Counted from the first letter of the stretch, positions 27,201-40,507 are shown. The stretch is DNA of 64,000 bases from Octopus bimaculoides (GCF_001194135.2 NC_068984.1:25296142-25360141), one strand, 5' to 3'. Notes: generated from the letters alone by a model not told the origin. Translations and numbers: made by a program.

Positions 27201-27709
27201 GCACTGCCTTGAAGAAGTGTTTTAATGGAACAAATCAACCACAGTATTTTTTTCTTTTTTAAAGTCTGGTACTTATTCTATCAGTCTCTTTGCTGAAGTG
27301 TTAAGTTACAAGTACATAAATGAATATTGGCTGTTTAACAGTATGTTTGTGAGGGGGCAAACAGACACAAACACATACACACACAATGGGCTTCTACACA
27401 GTTTCCATCTACCAAATTCACTCACAAGGTATTGGTTGAAGCTCAGAAGTACAAGCTAATGAAACACTCCTCAATTATTCTACATCCAAATTTCAAGTAG
27501 TAAAAATCTATATCTATTTTGTAAACATTTACAGATGAGCCTGGGCAGAGTTAAAGAGCTTTGCTAAAACACAGCCCAGCACTCAATCAACAGTGACCAT
27601 TCAATTAGTAGGACTCCTGCCTGTTGACTTAATGAGTTCTAGCTCGTCATATAAACATGAATATTGATGTCACCACTTGCACAAAAGTGATGGTGTCAAC
27701 ATTCCTTAC

Positions 27710-27770
27710 CAATATTGTGACTGGTCACTCTGCATTTTTGAACTCTGGAATAAAAATGCTTGAACAACAT
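27710..27770 (-). CDS. Candidate alternative first coding exon MLFKHFYSRVQKCRVTSHNI(G), phase 1
   Basis: ATG at 27770 with an upstream in-frame stop; open to a strong donor ATTG|gtaagg. An internal acceptor tttttattccag| at 27744 gives an alternative 35-nt exon. Confidence 0.25.
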
Positions 27771-27904
27771 CCTGCTTCAAACAATTCCCTGTCTATATGA
27801 CACTTCCATGGGGAAAAAAAAACATTGAATAAATGACTGAGCTTCAGTTTAGCATGAACATCGCAAACTCATTTTCCTCCCTTATAAATCATATTTAAGA
27901 AAAA

Positions 27905-28142
27905 GGCGGCGAACTGGCAGAAACGTTAGCTCGCCGGGCGAAATGCTTAGCAGTATTTCGTCTGCCATTACGTTCTGAGTTCAAATTCCGCCGAGGTCGA
28001 CTTTGTCTTTCATCCTTTCGGGGTCGATAAATTAAGTACTAGTTACACACTGGGGATCGATGTAATCGACTTAATCCTTTTGTCTGTCCTTGTTTGTCCC
28101 CTCTGTGTGTAGCCCCTTGTGGGCAGTAAAGAAATAAGAAAA
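27905..28142 (+). mobile_element. Young full-length SINE family C variant (CpG-rich) with about 8-bp TSD
   Basis: Starts ggcggcgaactggcagaaacgttagc; taagaaaa at about 27896 and 28135. Confidence 0.85.
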
Positions 28143-29361
28143 CGTTATTACTATGTAAGAAAAATCATTATTGCTCATTTGCCATAAATTATTTTATTCT
28201 TTGTGTTAATGACTAAAGTAATTGAAAAAATTATTTCCTGCACACTTTCTCGGTACATGTCATAAAAGACTACTATAATTACAGAAATATTCAAATGTAA
28301 TTCTACTTAGAATGTTGAAGATTATAATGATTAAATAGTTAGGATTCTTGTCCACAGAATAATCTTGCAGAAATAAATTAAATTAGCACACCCATGATGA
28401 GCCAATAACTTTATATACTGCTTAGTTACAATTTATATTATTAAACCTAATATAACGGAGTCCTCTAAAATAAACAGCTATTTATAGGAAATGGTAAGCA
28501 TTTCTTTTCATTAACAGTCATTACAAATGAATGTATGCTTCATTACTAGGAACCGCAAAAAAGCTGTAAATTGAAGTAACATTTTTGTCATTAGCAATTG
28601 ATACATACACTTTATCAAAAAACAAAACAAAAAATATTTCATGTAGGTTGAAAAACTAAATCAACTTTTATAAAATTTCAACTCAAATAACTACAGAATA
28701 TCGAACTCACATTTTTACCAACCTACCAAGTTTTTACCTTTATAAAGTATTCAGTTTTAGTTTTAAAAAGTTATAGAGCAGTATTATCACTTATCAAAGT
28801 AAGCTCCATGACTATTAAGAAGCAAGGTTATAAAACACTTAGAAAATTCAATTCAAGATTAAAACATCTTGACCATATGACCTCCTAAGTAAGCTTATAG
28901 CATAGATAAGATGATTTTAACGATCTTCACAATATGGGGGCAAATCATGATTTTTGTTATGGTATGTGAATAAATCCTGTTTCAAAACTGTTTTCGTCGT
29001 CGTCGTCATCGTTTAACGTCCGCTTTCCATGCTAGCATGGGTTGGACGATTTGACTGAGGACTAGTGAAACCGGATGGCAACACCAGGCTCCAATCTGAT
29101 TTGGCAGAGTTTCTACAGCTGGATGCCCTTCCTAACGCTAACCACTCAGAGTGTAGTGGGTGCTTATTTGACAACAGCCATGCTGGAGCACCGCCTTTAG
29201 TCAAACAAATCGACTCCAGGACTTATTCTTTGTAAGCCTAGTACTTATTCTATCAGTCTCCTTTGCCAAACTGCTATGTTATGGGAATGTAAACACACCA
29301 ACATCAGTTGTCAAGCGATATGGAGGGAGGGGGCAACCAAACACACACACACACACACATA

Positions 29362-29415
29362 NNNNNNNNNNNNNNNNNNNNNNNNNNNNNNNNNNNNNNN
29401 NNNNNNNNNNNNNNN
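29362..29415. other. Assembly gap (N run)
   Basis: Seen directly. Confidence 1.
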
Positions 29416-29444
29416 TATATAGGCTTCTTTCAGTTTCTGTCTAC

Positions 29445-29698
29445 CAGTTACCTTTACTTGCCTAAAACTCATTACTTAATCATTAAAAAAATCATAATTA
29501 CTGGAAGTTTGTGCTGGTGCCACGTAAAAGCACCCAGTATACTCTGTAGTGTGGTTGGCATTAGAAAGGGCATCTAGTCATAGAAACCATGCCAAAATAG
29601 ACAATTGAGACGTGGGTAGCTCCCCCTGCTGGCCAGCTCCCGTCAAACCATCCAATCCATGTATAAGACTCGCCCGAGCTAGTTCATTATCCCAATCC
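29445..29698. repeat. Local templated insertion (direct copy of 25964-26180 + inverted copy of 33085-33123)
   Basis: Manual alignment: about 14 substitutions and 2 indels over about 217 bp for the first part; 2 mismatches over 39 bp for the second. Confidence 0.9.
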
Positions 29699-30894
29699 AA
29701 GGCTATAGTAGAAGATACTTGCTCAAGGTGCCACACAGTGGGACTGAACCCGGAACCATGTGGTTGGTAAGCAAGCTACTTACCACACAGTCACTCCTGC
29801 GGTGTTTTAAAAAACTTATTTAACTTACTGATGCTATTAAAGAAATGGGAAGAGAAACTAAGAAGGCTTCTGTACAAACATATGAAACCTCTTTTGTGCT
29901 TGGATTTTTTTTTTTTTTTTTTTTCAGTTGATTACTGAATATTTGACTAAAATTCAGCATTAATGTTAAAATAAACTTGTTGGTGCAAATTAATACTTTT
30001 AGAACTAAATATTAATGCAATATCTAAAGGAAATTATTATCAATGTATTTTAATATATGAGGAACTGAATTTTCATACTATCAAAATAGTAGTTAGTACC
30101 TGGTTACTTATTTTGCAACATCAAAGAGAATTCACCAACATCTTTTAGGGTCTAAGCAATTAGAAATAAATAACTAAATAAACCCAAAACCATTTATGTT
30201 TCTAAGCAGCAGAATGGCTGTAAGCAGTTCCCAGGATCAGTGAGAAGTTGGATTAATGAAATGGCATTCCTGAGAAAGTTACTTTGTCAGTTTAAGTAAT
30301 TGGTTTAGAGGAAAGCTTGTTCAAAACTAAAATGGCTAGCAACATCCACATCACACTGTAAGAGGCTCAAAGACAGAAAAAGGAAGTGAGAGAAGGTAAA
30401 AGAGAAAGTAGGGAGGAATGAAAAGCAGAAGAGAAATGTAAGAGAAAACGGGTGGGGGTAGTTAGTGTGTAATATGATGGGGTAAAAAATGAAACCGACT
30501 CTTTGTGTGTCACCTGTTTTATATATTCCCTTTTCAGTTTAGTAGCAGATGCAACCCTTAGTGAGAAATAGGCAGACAATTCCCAAACCAGTCAGGTAGG
30601 GAGGAAGGGAGATAGAGACGAAGTTGGCCCTGTATATAGAATAATGCTGCTATTAAAGTGATAACGAGACAAACGAAGAATGCTTGTTACATGTGCATGC
30701 ATGTGAGCACCTTTCTTGCTTGGATTTTTCAATTGATTATTGAAATTCTGTTTTAAAAAACAAAAAAACTGGAGTACTGCTAATTTTAGATGCACAGTTG
30801 ATATTTACAGTAAAATAAATGCAATCAATGATTAAAGAGAATAGTTGAAAATAGTGGTGTAAAGAGAAGGAAAGTTAGTTGCAAACTTTGTACA

Positions 30895-30896
30895 TT

Positions 30897-30929
<33 letters not shown>

Positions 30930-31150
30930 TATTCATATAGTATATGCATCTACTCATATATAGTTATATATATATAGTTTATATACATATATTTATATAT
31001 AGTATATATTCATATATAGTATACATATATTTATATATAGTATACATATATTTATATATATTTATATATAGTATATATACAGATATTTATATATAGTTTA
31101 TTTATATATAAAGTTTATTTATTTATTTATATATAACTATATATATAGTT
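30895..31150. repeat. (TG)n/(TA)n followed by an AT-rich about 20-bp minisatellite (tatatagtatacatatatt-like)
   Basis: Seen directly. Confidence 0.9.
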
Positions 31151-32807
31151 TTAATTACACCGAGTAAGACTTCTAAATGTAAGAAAGCATTACTTCTTTA
31201 AACTTGATCAGTAGTTCCTAAAGTGAAGTCGTGTTAATTTCATTACCGAACACTTCGTGTCAACAAAATGGATTTGGCCAGTGCAAGCTGGGACTGTCTA
31301 GTGTTGACACACGCACACACAAAACATCACGGGAAATAGGTTAAGAGCACTTGTCAAAGGATCATGACAGCAATATTTACATGGGAATATTTGGATACGA
31401 ATATATCATCATGTGTTACAAATGCGCTTTGGAAAGGCATGAATATCAGAGCTAAGAAATCCCCGGTAACGGTACATTTTGTGCCTTTGCAAAGAAAAAA
31501 TTATTAATAGGAAAATAATACGAAAACTATGTAAAATTATAGACATGAAACAAAAACTAGAAACTTAATGAACATTCAGTATAAGAAACAAAAAGTATGT
31601 GTGAATATATATAGAAAGAGTATGTGTTAGAAACTGGGAGTCTAAGAATTAAAATCTAGGCACCATTTTGATGCATGCAGTCTATGTAACAAGACTGTTT
31701 TTGCTTTTATGCTATCATTAGAACTTCCTCGATTCAGTTATATTTGAGACTGAACATCAGCAAATAATTCAAGATAAGAGGGCAAAGAGATGAAATGTAA
31801 AAGAGGAGAGAAAGAAAAAGGGATGAGTGCTCCCTAAAGCACATCGAAACATCTTCCAAAACAGAAAGAGAAAGGGAGAGAGAAATGGGTAATTGATGTA
31901 TGTCATTAAAACTATAAAATCAAATCCAGTTATTAGATATAGCTTTACTCAACCTTTATATGTTGTGTATTTCTTTTAAAAATAGTTTCGTAAAAAAAAA
32001 AAACTGAATCCAATTAGAATAACTACTAAAATACTAACGTAAGATTACCAAAAGGTAATATTAAGTCCGAAAAGAGAGACATGAAGCGAGATCGTAATAA
32101 GACCAGACGTAAACATTCTCAACACATGAGAAGAAAGATAAGTGACATGCCACGCTATCGCAAACAAGGCGTAAAGATATTGAGTATTAAAAAAAAAAAA
32201 CAGAAATCAATCATCTTTAATGTCGGGCTATTGCTAAATATCACCGACATTTATAGTGTAGAATCGGGTAAATCAAGGGGTGAAATACGCTTATGAGACG
32301 ATTTCTGGAGAAGAAGAAAAATGTAACTCGGCAAATTTTTATAAAGTAATTTTTATTTAAGGACTACTGATAGTTCTTCCGTTTTTTTCTTTTTTTTCTT
32401 TCATCAACCTTATAGAGATGACTGCACGATAATTTAATTTAGATCTTCCAAGTGTAAGCCATCAATCTAAATATTGTGAAATATCTAGTAAGTAAATAGA
32501 TTTAAAAAAGAAAAAAAAAGCAGTTATTACTTGCTACAGAAATTCATAGGAAAACATTAATTAACAGAGGAACTCTTTGTGTGTGTATGTTTCCGCTGTT
32601 ACAGTTCCCCCTGAGCTACGACTACTAATCGTGAAAGAGAGAGAGAGAGAGGCCAACAATATAATCTATAGAAATATGACAGGCAGTTGTAAAAATATAC
32701 AATATGTAGAAATCAGAAAAAAGTTTGTATTGTTACAATGAGTTTAATTAAAATGGTGAAAGAATAATTAAAATCAGTAGTTATTGATTAAAGATGTATA
32801 TACATAC

Positions 32808-32832
32808 CTTTTGAAGAAGTGCTTGCTTCCAT
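32808..32832 (-). CDS. Putative first coding exon MEASTSSK(G), phase 1, of an unidentified gene
   Basis: ATG GAA GCA AGC ACT TCT TCA AAA G|gtatgt. It lies about 185 nt downstream of a promoter-like segment in the most CpG-retaining part of the window. Confidence 0.45.
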
Positions 32833-33009
32833 CCCAAGGAATAATAAAAACAAACGTACGTAAAACAACGAATGTGTGTATATAAATATATAGTATATAT
32901 CCCGCGATGAATGTTTTAAAAAAACAAATGAACACAAAAACAAACTAAATTGCGATTAATAATAGTTTTCCTTTGGTTTGTAAAATGTACCGAGTTTGTC
33001 TGTAGTGCT

Positions 33010-33125
33010 TGTGTGTATGAGGCTTGTCAAACAGAAGCGAAGCATGCATGATGTTAGGGTGGGTGTTTACAAGAGAGGTAATAAGGATTGGGATAATGAA
33101 CTAGCCCGGGCGAGTCTAATACAGA
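33010..33125 (-). promoter_or_regulatory. Putative core/proximal promoter for the minus-strand transcript
   Basis: On the minus strand: CCAAT at 33087-33091, GTAAACA forkhead-like at 33064-33070, CACCC box at about 33056-33065 and Inr-like TCATAC near 33018. An E-box CCACGTGG lies near 33520. Confidence 0.45.
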
Positions 33126-35498
33126 ACAGATGCCCAGGGATGTTAGAAGGCAGTAGGACAACGTCTGCTGTGCAGCATTTTACGTGTGTTATGTTCATGC
33201 ATTTACTTTCTTTTTTATAAAATGACTAATTTTGAGAGGGAAAAATTATTTTAATAGAAAAAAAAACTCGATTCTTAAGTAATAAAATTCTATTGACTGC
33301 GATCGTCATTCAAGACATACTTTCTCCGACAGACAGTTTCAGTAATTTTAGATGCCTTATTCCTTATTGTGCTCCAGTTTCGTTTCCCTAAGTATATATA
33401 TTTTATTTCACCAAAAAATCTATGTATAATACTTTCGTCTCATTTTCCGCTTTGAGCTTATTCTTAGAGATCACTGTTTAGGTTAGGAAGTCGCTGTGAT
33501 ATAGCGAATTCTTGGAACCTCCACGTGGTCACTCGACTTCCTAGAAATAAGAGCCAAATTCCTCCAAATGAAACCCTACTGTCTTAAAAAAAAGTACAAC
33601 TTGGACAATGTATATAGATCTACTCGACAAGAGCTGACCTACAACAAATCAACAGAGACATCTTATTGTGGACGTTTAGTTAGAATCTTTCACTTATTTT
33701 TGTAACTAAAGCCTGCACAAACAAACATCACAATTACATATCTCTCCACACCACCACGCCACCATCCTGCCTCAAAACAATTTGAGGTATTCTATCTATG
33801 TAAGAAACAAATGTTTATTCTGCTATTGTTGAATTTTCCTTCATACTAATTAATTTCATAGACTATAATCAACAAAATACGAGTGTGACAAGTCAAAAGC
33901 AATTAAGTGTTCGGATAAAAACACGTAAATATTACGGTCACTACACTAAACTTAAGCCGTTATCAAAAGTACACAAGGTATTATGACAGTGAAATTAGTG
34001 GCGTGGGGAGGGCCAAAGTGACGGAGGTAAGGAATACGTACACCACCCGTTTTCGGCGTAACAAAAACCCTAACCACCTAGTGTACGTATTCTTTACTTT
34101 CGCCGCCTAGATTTAATACGAAAGGTATGAAGAACCATAGAAAACTTGAATAGCATGGTGCCTTCGTAATTATTCCAATTAGTAAACCATACATGAAGGA
34201 AAACAAAATATTTCTTACGCAGGCATAATCCCTATGATTTCAGAGGAAGAGAAAAATAGGAAACTGAAATACACGTTGTTCCCAAAAATATTAACGACAT
34301 AAAGGGAACTGGCACAAAGTGGGTATCGAATTCACGTCCCGGACTCAACTTGCTAATAGCTTTATGTTTATCTCCCAGCTTTCATCCTAATGAACAAAAC
34401 TCATTTATTTTCCCGCAATAATTATATATAGATGTCAATGTCATTAGTTTGTGTTTCTATAAAGATTCATCTACACCCCGTGTCTCTCGAGCACTTCATA
34501 ATGTTGCCAATCCTAACAAACGTGATAAAATGACAAAAGAATGCTTATAAAAATTGATATTAAGAAAATTTCTAGACTATAATATATTAACAGACAGAGA
34601 TAGATAGATATTTCATCAAAAGGATGGTTCACGGTGTGGAACTGAAATCAACGTTGCATAGCAGCTTTCAACGATTAAGCAATATTGCTAAAAAATAAAT
34701 AAATAGAATAAAATATCTAACACAGTTTTCTCTAAGTTACATTTCATTACCATTAAACATAAATATATGCAGACAAAAATGTGTGTGTGATACAAATAAT
34801 TAATCCTTAAAGTTAATTATTCAGAGACCATTCTATGAAAATTAAGCTTAGTATTAACATATATAATGTAGTGAGCATGAAAATCTAATTAGAAACATTT
34901 AAATGAGGAAAAGACCTTAGCTCAGTGACTAATAATATTTTAATCATTTAAGCAAGTATGAGAGACAACCTAAGGGTATGTTTCATTCTTATTAGACCTC
35001 CTCAATGGAACCTATTTTAGCATAGCTCTGAAGCAGTGATGAGAGAATCACTGAATATCACAAATACATGTATGTATGTAACAATCTAAGACAAACCAAT
35101 ATGGAGATTCTATGTTCACTGGACCAGATAGATATAGCAGCCAAATTTCTTACAAATCACATTTTGCCCTCATAAAGAGGAAGTGCACATTAGGAAATGA
35201 AGTCATAGATATATAAAATGATAAGATAGTAATAATAGCTGGATTGTATAACACATCAGAAGTAAAGTCTTCTGTGAGTTCATTGGATCTGGGTGAAATT
35301 GCAGTTAAATTACCCTCAAATCTTATCACTCTTAAAAACAGAAGGGTATGGTGAATAATGTAACTCTAGAAATACTAATCTTGAAAAAGAAATAGGGTGG
35401 TTTCAATCAGAACACCTTAGATCATATATCTGCTGAATCGAGACTGATCTAGGGCTTAGCAAAACTACTAAGGTTTATAGTCATGTCATCATTGCCTT

Positions 35499-36115
35499 TT
35501 AACCATTGTTATATTTCTGTTGAGTGGAGGCGCAATGGCCCAGTGGTTAGGGCAGCAGACTTGCAGTCATAGGATCGCAGTTTCGATTCCCAGACCGGGC
35601 GTTGTGAGTGTTTATTGAGCGAAAACACTTAAAGCTCCACGAGGCTCCGACAGGGGATGGTGGTGAACCCTGCTGTACTCTTCCACCACAACTTTCTCTC
35701 ACTCTTACTTCCTGTTTCTGTTGTGCCTGTAATTCAAAGGGTCAGCCTTGTCACACTGTGTCACGCTGAATATCCCCGAGAACTACGTTAAGGGTACGCG
35801 TGTCTGTGGAGTGCTCAGCCACTTGCACGTTAATTTCACGAGCAGGCTGTTCCGTTGATCGGATCAACTGGAACCCTCGACGTCATAAGCAACGGAGTGC
35901 CAACAACAACAATATTTCTGTTGAAATACACTGCCTTTATTTCAGTTAGTCTTGAACATAATGAGAATTAAGCAAAGTAACTATAATTACTGTGTTTGGA
36001 ACATATATGACCAAGAAATTTTGACAAGTGGTTTTAGTCTAGATCCTTTTAAAACAGGAAGTTTTTATCAAACGACCAAGGGCAGTCTCAGACGGGTTCA
36101 TATCAAAAGTGTTAA
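35499..36115. mobile_element. TTAA-ended MITE split by a SINE
   Basis: ttaaccattgtt... left end and ...atcaaaagtgttaa right end; the body resumes after the SINE. Confidence 0.7.
35524..35911 (+). mobile_element. Full-length young tRNA-derived SINE (family D) with 13-bp TSD
   Basis: A box TGGCCCAGTGG, B box GTTTCGATTCC, (CAA)n tail; atatttctgttga at 35511-35523 and 35912-35924. Confidence 0.92.
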
Positions 36116-36248
36116 CATCTGTTTTCCATGTCGGCATGGTCTGGACCATGTACACTGGAAAGATATCTGGCTAAAGAAAGCTTGTCTCAACAAATTCCAT
36201 GTGAGCATGGAAAATGGACATTAAAACAATGTTTCTATACATATATAT

Positions 36249-36624
36249 GGGCAGGTTTGGTTGCGTGGATAAGAAGTTTGCTTCCCAACTACATTGTTTT
36301 GGGTTCAGTCCCAAACTTGGGAAAGTGTCTTTTACTATAGCCCCAGGCCAACCAAAGCTTTGTGAGTGGATTTGATAGACAGAAACTGAAAGAAACCTGT
36401 CGTGTGTGTGAGTGTATGTCGTGTGTGTTTGTTTGTACTCTACCACTGTTTGACAACAGGTTGGTTTGTTTATGTCCCCCATAACTTCGCAGTTCAGCAA
36501 AAAGACACCAACAAAATAAGTACCAGGCCTAGAAAAATTATTATCAGAGTTGATTTGTTCGACTAAACCCTTCAGGCCAATGCTCCAGCATGGCTGCATT
36601 CTTATGACTGAAACACGTAAAAGA
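36249..36624 (+). mobile_element. tRNA-derived SINE family A
   Basis: tRNA-like head gggcagg..gggttcagtccc; ends gactgaaacacgtaaaaga. Confidence 0.8.
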
Positions 36625-38959
36625 TACACATTTGTGGACAAGCATTATGAAAAGGACACTGATAATTACATATATTAAACCCCCTCATAAAAACATTTCA
36701 TTCATAAAACACCCAAATATTCACAAAACCAAGCTGGTAGAGCAGTAAATTGCAAAGGAATGCAGGATAAAATGCTCAGTTATTAATATAAAATTATGAC
36801 AATGTGAAAGACATCCGGTTTTAAATAAGTATTGAATTACATTTTTCATGTATTTCTATGTAATTAGTTTATATTCTAAGAATTTTCTTGATATTAATTT
36901 GGAAAGTGCAACACTGGCACTAACTTTACCAAACTTAGATTCCAACAAATCTTACTGCAAAATATTTTCAGCTAAGTCATTTATTTATTTATTTATTTAT
37001 TTATTTTAAAGCAAAAGGCTTTAGATATGCTAATCCCAGACAAAATATCTTATATTTCTTTCCTGATGTTATTGTAGTTTAGTTCTAGATCAGCCATGAT
37101 TGAGCAGACAAGCCTATAGTCAAAGACATACCAGCTGTGACCATCCTGCTTTTTTTCCTATGACAAAGCAGTGAGGTGGGATTTAAGGAAGATTTGACAG
37201 CTATTTCTAGCAGATCAAACGACCTTCCAAAGGCTCCTTAATTTTCAGATGTGGAGACGGGGGATAGGGGTAGGAGTTCCTCTAACTTTATTTTATTGAT
37301 TGAAAGATGTTTGATCATTAATTTTGAGGATCAAAAATGTCAAGGGTTAGATCATGATGTTAATTCAATTAGACTAAAATATTTCAGAAACTGAAAAACA
37401 ATAAATATTTCCTCAATAAATGTCATCTATTGAAGAAGTAAGGAGCAAGCATTTAATTAACAAGTATGATCAGAAGCCTGTTCTAACTACTCAACAGACC
37501 TAAACAATATTTGTCAATTTAAAAAAATAAAATCAATAACAGTGAGTTTGAAGCGGAAGATAAAATAAAATTATTTCACTTCTTATCAGTCAACAATTCA
37601 GCTGAAATGGAAAAGAAATCCTGTCCTAAGAAATGTCATCATCAGCATTTTCCATGCTTTCAGATTCAGTGAGACAGATTTTCTACGGCTGGGTGCTCTA
37701 CCTATCACCAACCCTCACTTGTTTTCAGGTAGGTAAAGTAATATTTCCCCATGGCCAGACATGTTCTCACAGAATACTGGAAATGAATGACACTGCTTGT
37801 ATGACAGTGACATTCACAACTATCGTGCGATATCAAGACAATGAGACACAAGCACATACACACCTATATACACACACATACGCGCACGCACACACACACA
37901 CACACGACAGGCTTCTTTCAGTTCCAACTACCAAATCCTCTCACAAGGGTTTGGTCTGTCCAGGGCTATAACAGAAAACACTTGTCCAAGATGCCATACA
38001 GTGGGGCCAAACCAGAAACAGTGTAGTTGGGAAATAAACTTCTTATCACACAGCCATGTGCGCACCTCATAGCTATATCCATCTAATCATCATTATACCA
38101 CCATCACTAGTCGTACTACTATTAGTACACAGGTTGTTCAAAGTCACCTTTGTATTCTTTGTAGATAAATTGAGACTAGAAAAAAAAAATCAATGCTCAA
38201 GCTGCAATGGAGTTAATAAGAATACTAGAATGTTCACATGGATAGAATTTTTTTAAATGGTTTGAGGGCAAACATCAATGTATCTATTCTAATACGTAAA
38301 ATTACCCATCACTAACCCTAGCCACCATGTACATACAAAATAGACTGTCAGAGAAATGTTATCGAACTTGAGGAGCTCTATAACAACGAAGTAACCATGT
38401 TGGATGTGTAAATGTCAGTCTAAAAAGGATACTGAGTTGAGATGAGCTACAAAGGTATTTAGAAATAAAGAGCAAAAACAAAAAAGAAAAAAAAATTTTA
38501 TTGTGTTTTGTTTTTAAGGTATTAATCACACCAGTATGTAGGTTTTTACTTAGGTATAGTTTGTAACCAAATAGCTACCTGAATAAGTACTATTTATAAG
38601 GCAAAGAGATTAAAAGGGGGTTTGGAGAGAAAAGAAAATACGTATACACAGCAAGAAATTTTTTTTTTTTTTTTTTTTTTTTTGCTGCTCACTAACAGAG
38701 CTTGAACATTTCCGTAGTAGATATTTAAAAAAGAAAACAAAAGATTTAGACATAGATTTAATAATGAAACTAAAAGATCAAATAAGTGCACAACATTAAC
38801 AGATATCAGCATGGTATTTTTTGAAGACTTAATATTTACTAGAACAAATATGTGTGTAATGACTACAATACAAGACTGGATTTTTCAGCATCCTTAGTTT
38901 GGTTAGGTTTTAACTTTCCTCTCCAAGGTGAATGAAATCATTACCAGTAATGTATTGGA

Positions 38960-39380
38960 ATCAACTCTGAGTAATTAAAGGTGAGCTGGTAGAATCATTA
39001 GCACACAGGGCAAAATACTTAGCAGCATTTCATCTGTCTTTATGTTCTAAGTTCAAATTCTGCCAAGGTCAACTTTGCCTTTCGACCTTTCGGAATCAAT
39101 AAAAATAAGTACCTGTTGAGCACAGATTGATCTAATCAACTTATTCTCTGGCCTTGTGCCAAAATTTGAAACCAATATTTAAGGTGGCAAGTTGGCAGAA
39201 TCATTAGCATATCAGACAAAATGCTTAAAAGCATTTCTTCTAGCTCATAACGTTCTGAGTTCAAATTCTGCCAAAGTCAATTTTGCTTTTCATCCCTTTC
39301 GGGATCAATGAAATAAAATACTAGTCAAGTACTGAGGTAAATGTAATTGATTTCTCCCTTTCCCACGAAAATTGCTACAA
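38960..39380 (+). mobile_element. Tandem SINE family C copies
   Basis: Two near-complete units starting aaggtgagctggtagaatc and aaggtggcaagttggcagaatc. Confidence 0.8.
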
Positions 39381-39605
39381 CAGACCAGCATCCCATTCAG
39401 GGGGAAAGTTTTGATCTCAGTGAAATATTCACCATGGAAACTAGGTAATGAATCTTGAGTCCTAGGACTCATGAAAAAATTTAAAAGACAAAAAAACTAA
39501 TGTTTACAATTAATAAGAAAAGAAACTAATTTATTTTCAATATTTTACAATGCAACCATATGAGTTACTTTCAAAAATTAAATATCCACATTAATTTTTC
39601 AAATA

Positions 39606-40070
39606 TATGAGGGAGAGTCAAAAACTATACACACTATCGTTTTTTCAATGTATTTACACAAAAGCAGGGGATAAACAAGTACATCATTTTTCTATATAGT
39701 CTCCTTCCTTTTCAATGCACTTGGTCCAATGGTCCACAACCTTGTGTATTCCCTCCAAGAATAAGGTTTTCAGTTGGTCATGCAACCATTTATGCACTGC
39801 TTTCTTCACATCTTCACTCTTAAGAGATCGATGACCTCATAAACCATCTTTGAGCGGTCCAAAGATTTGATAGTCAGAAGGGTGAGATCTAGGCTGTAGG
39901 CAGGGTGTTCCAGTACCTCAAAAACCAATTTGTTAATGGTTTCAACAGTCTGGGTGGCCGTGTGTGCAAGTGCATTGTCATGCAACAACAAAACTTTCTT
40001 CGACAATAGGCTTCAGTATTTGGTTCGAATTGCTGGCTTCAGTTTGTTGGTTCTTATCTTGACATCATGT
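39606..40070 (-). pseudogene. Truncated mariner (Tc1/mariner) transposon: transposase C-terminus plus one terminal repeat
   Basis: LLLHDNALAHTA..EVLEHPAYSLDL/SDYQIFGPLKDGL*GHR..WTKCIEKEGDYIEK* (stop at 39684-39686). TA + tgagggagagtcaaaa terminus at 39606. Confidence 0.92.
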
Positions 40071-40507
40071 AATAGATATGAGTATTATAACCATATAAGC
40101 AGTGTCCTTCATTTCAAATTTTCTTTATAAACATGTGCAGCAACAGGGAAACAGGTAAGAGCATCAGGCCACAGAAAACCTGCCTCAACAAATTCTATCT
40201 GACCCATGCAAACAGAAAAGTGGGCATAAAAACAATTATGATGATAATGATGGATGATGATGGCAACAACTGGAGTAAAGAAAAGTAGACATTTGATAGT
40301 GCAAAACACAATGTCTCACACACCATTTTAAATCCTGCCAAAGCCAAATTTGGTTTACATCTCGCAGGATCAAATAAAATACCTGCCAGAAATTTATGGT
40401 GGGGTCAAAACCAATGAACTATATCTCTTCCTTTGGTCATAAAAAATTCCTTGCACTAAATAAAGAAATCAATATTGATCACAACCAAACTATAAACACC
40501 ATTGTTT

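Larger units (their letters stand above)
28994..29800 (-). mobile_element. SINE family B fused to SINE family A; the family A copy is interrupted by an N-gap and a templated insertion
   Basis: Family B about 28994-29165, family A about 29165-29800; insertion at 29445-29698. Confidence 0.85.

Noticed and set aside
27666-27697. Partial match to the miR-153 3' end (cacaaaagtgatg) in a small hairpin
   Set aside because: The seed region is missing and the stem is only about 14 bp with a 6-nt loop, too short for a pre-miRNA.
16270-32832. Naming the host gene (e.g. PDE4/dunce or CREB/CREM) from CRE sites and alternative first exons
   Set aside because: No diagnostic coding exon is present in the window, so no gene symbol can be supported.
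35526-35600. tRNA-like sequence with A and B boxes
   Set aside because: It is the head of a 390-bp SINE with tail and TSD, not a tRNA gene; the same holds for the family A heads.
36171-36641. 156-aa ORF and similar ORFs at 37633-37971, 48485-48989 and 18466-18786
   Set aside because: They lie inside SINE copies, and similar peptides recur at other copies (e.g. LSVSVYQIHSQ, WLALGRASSCRNSAKSDWSLV).
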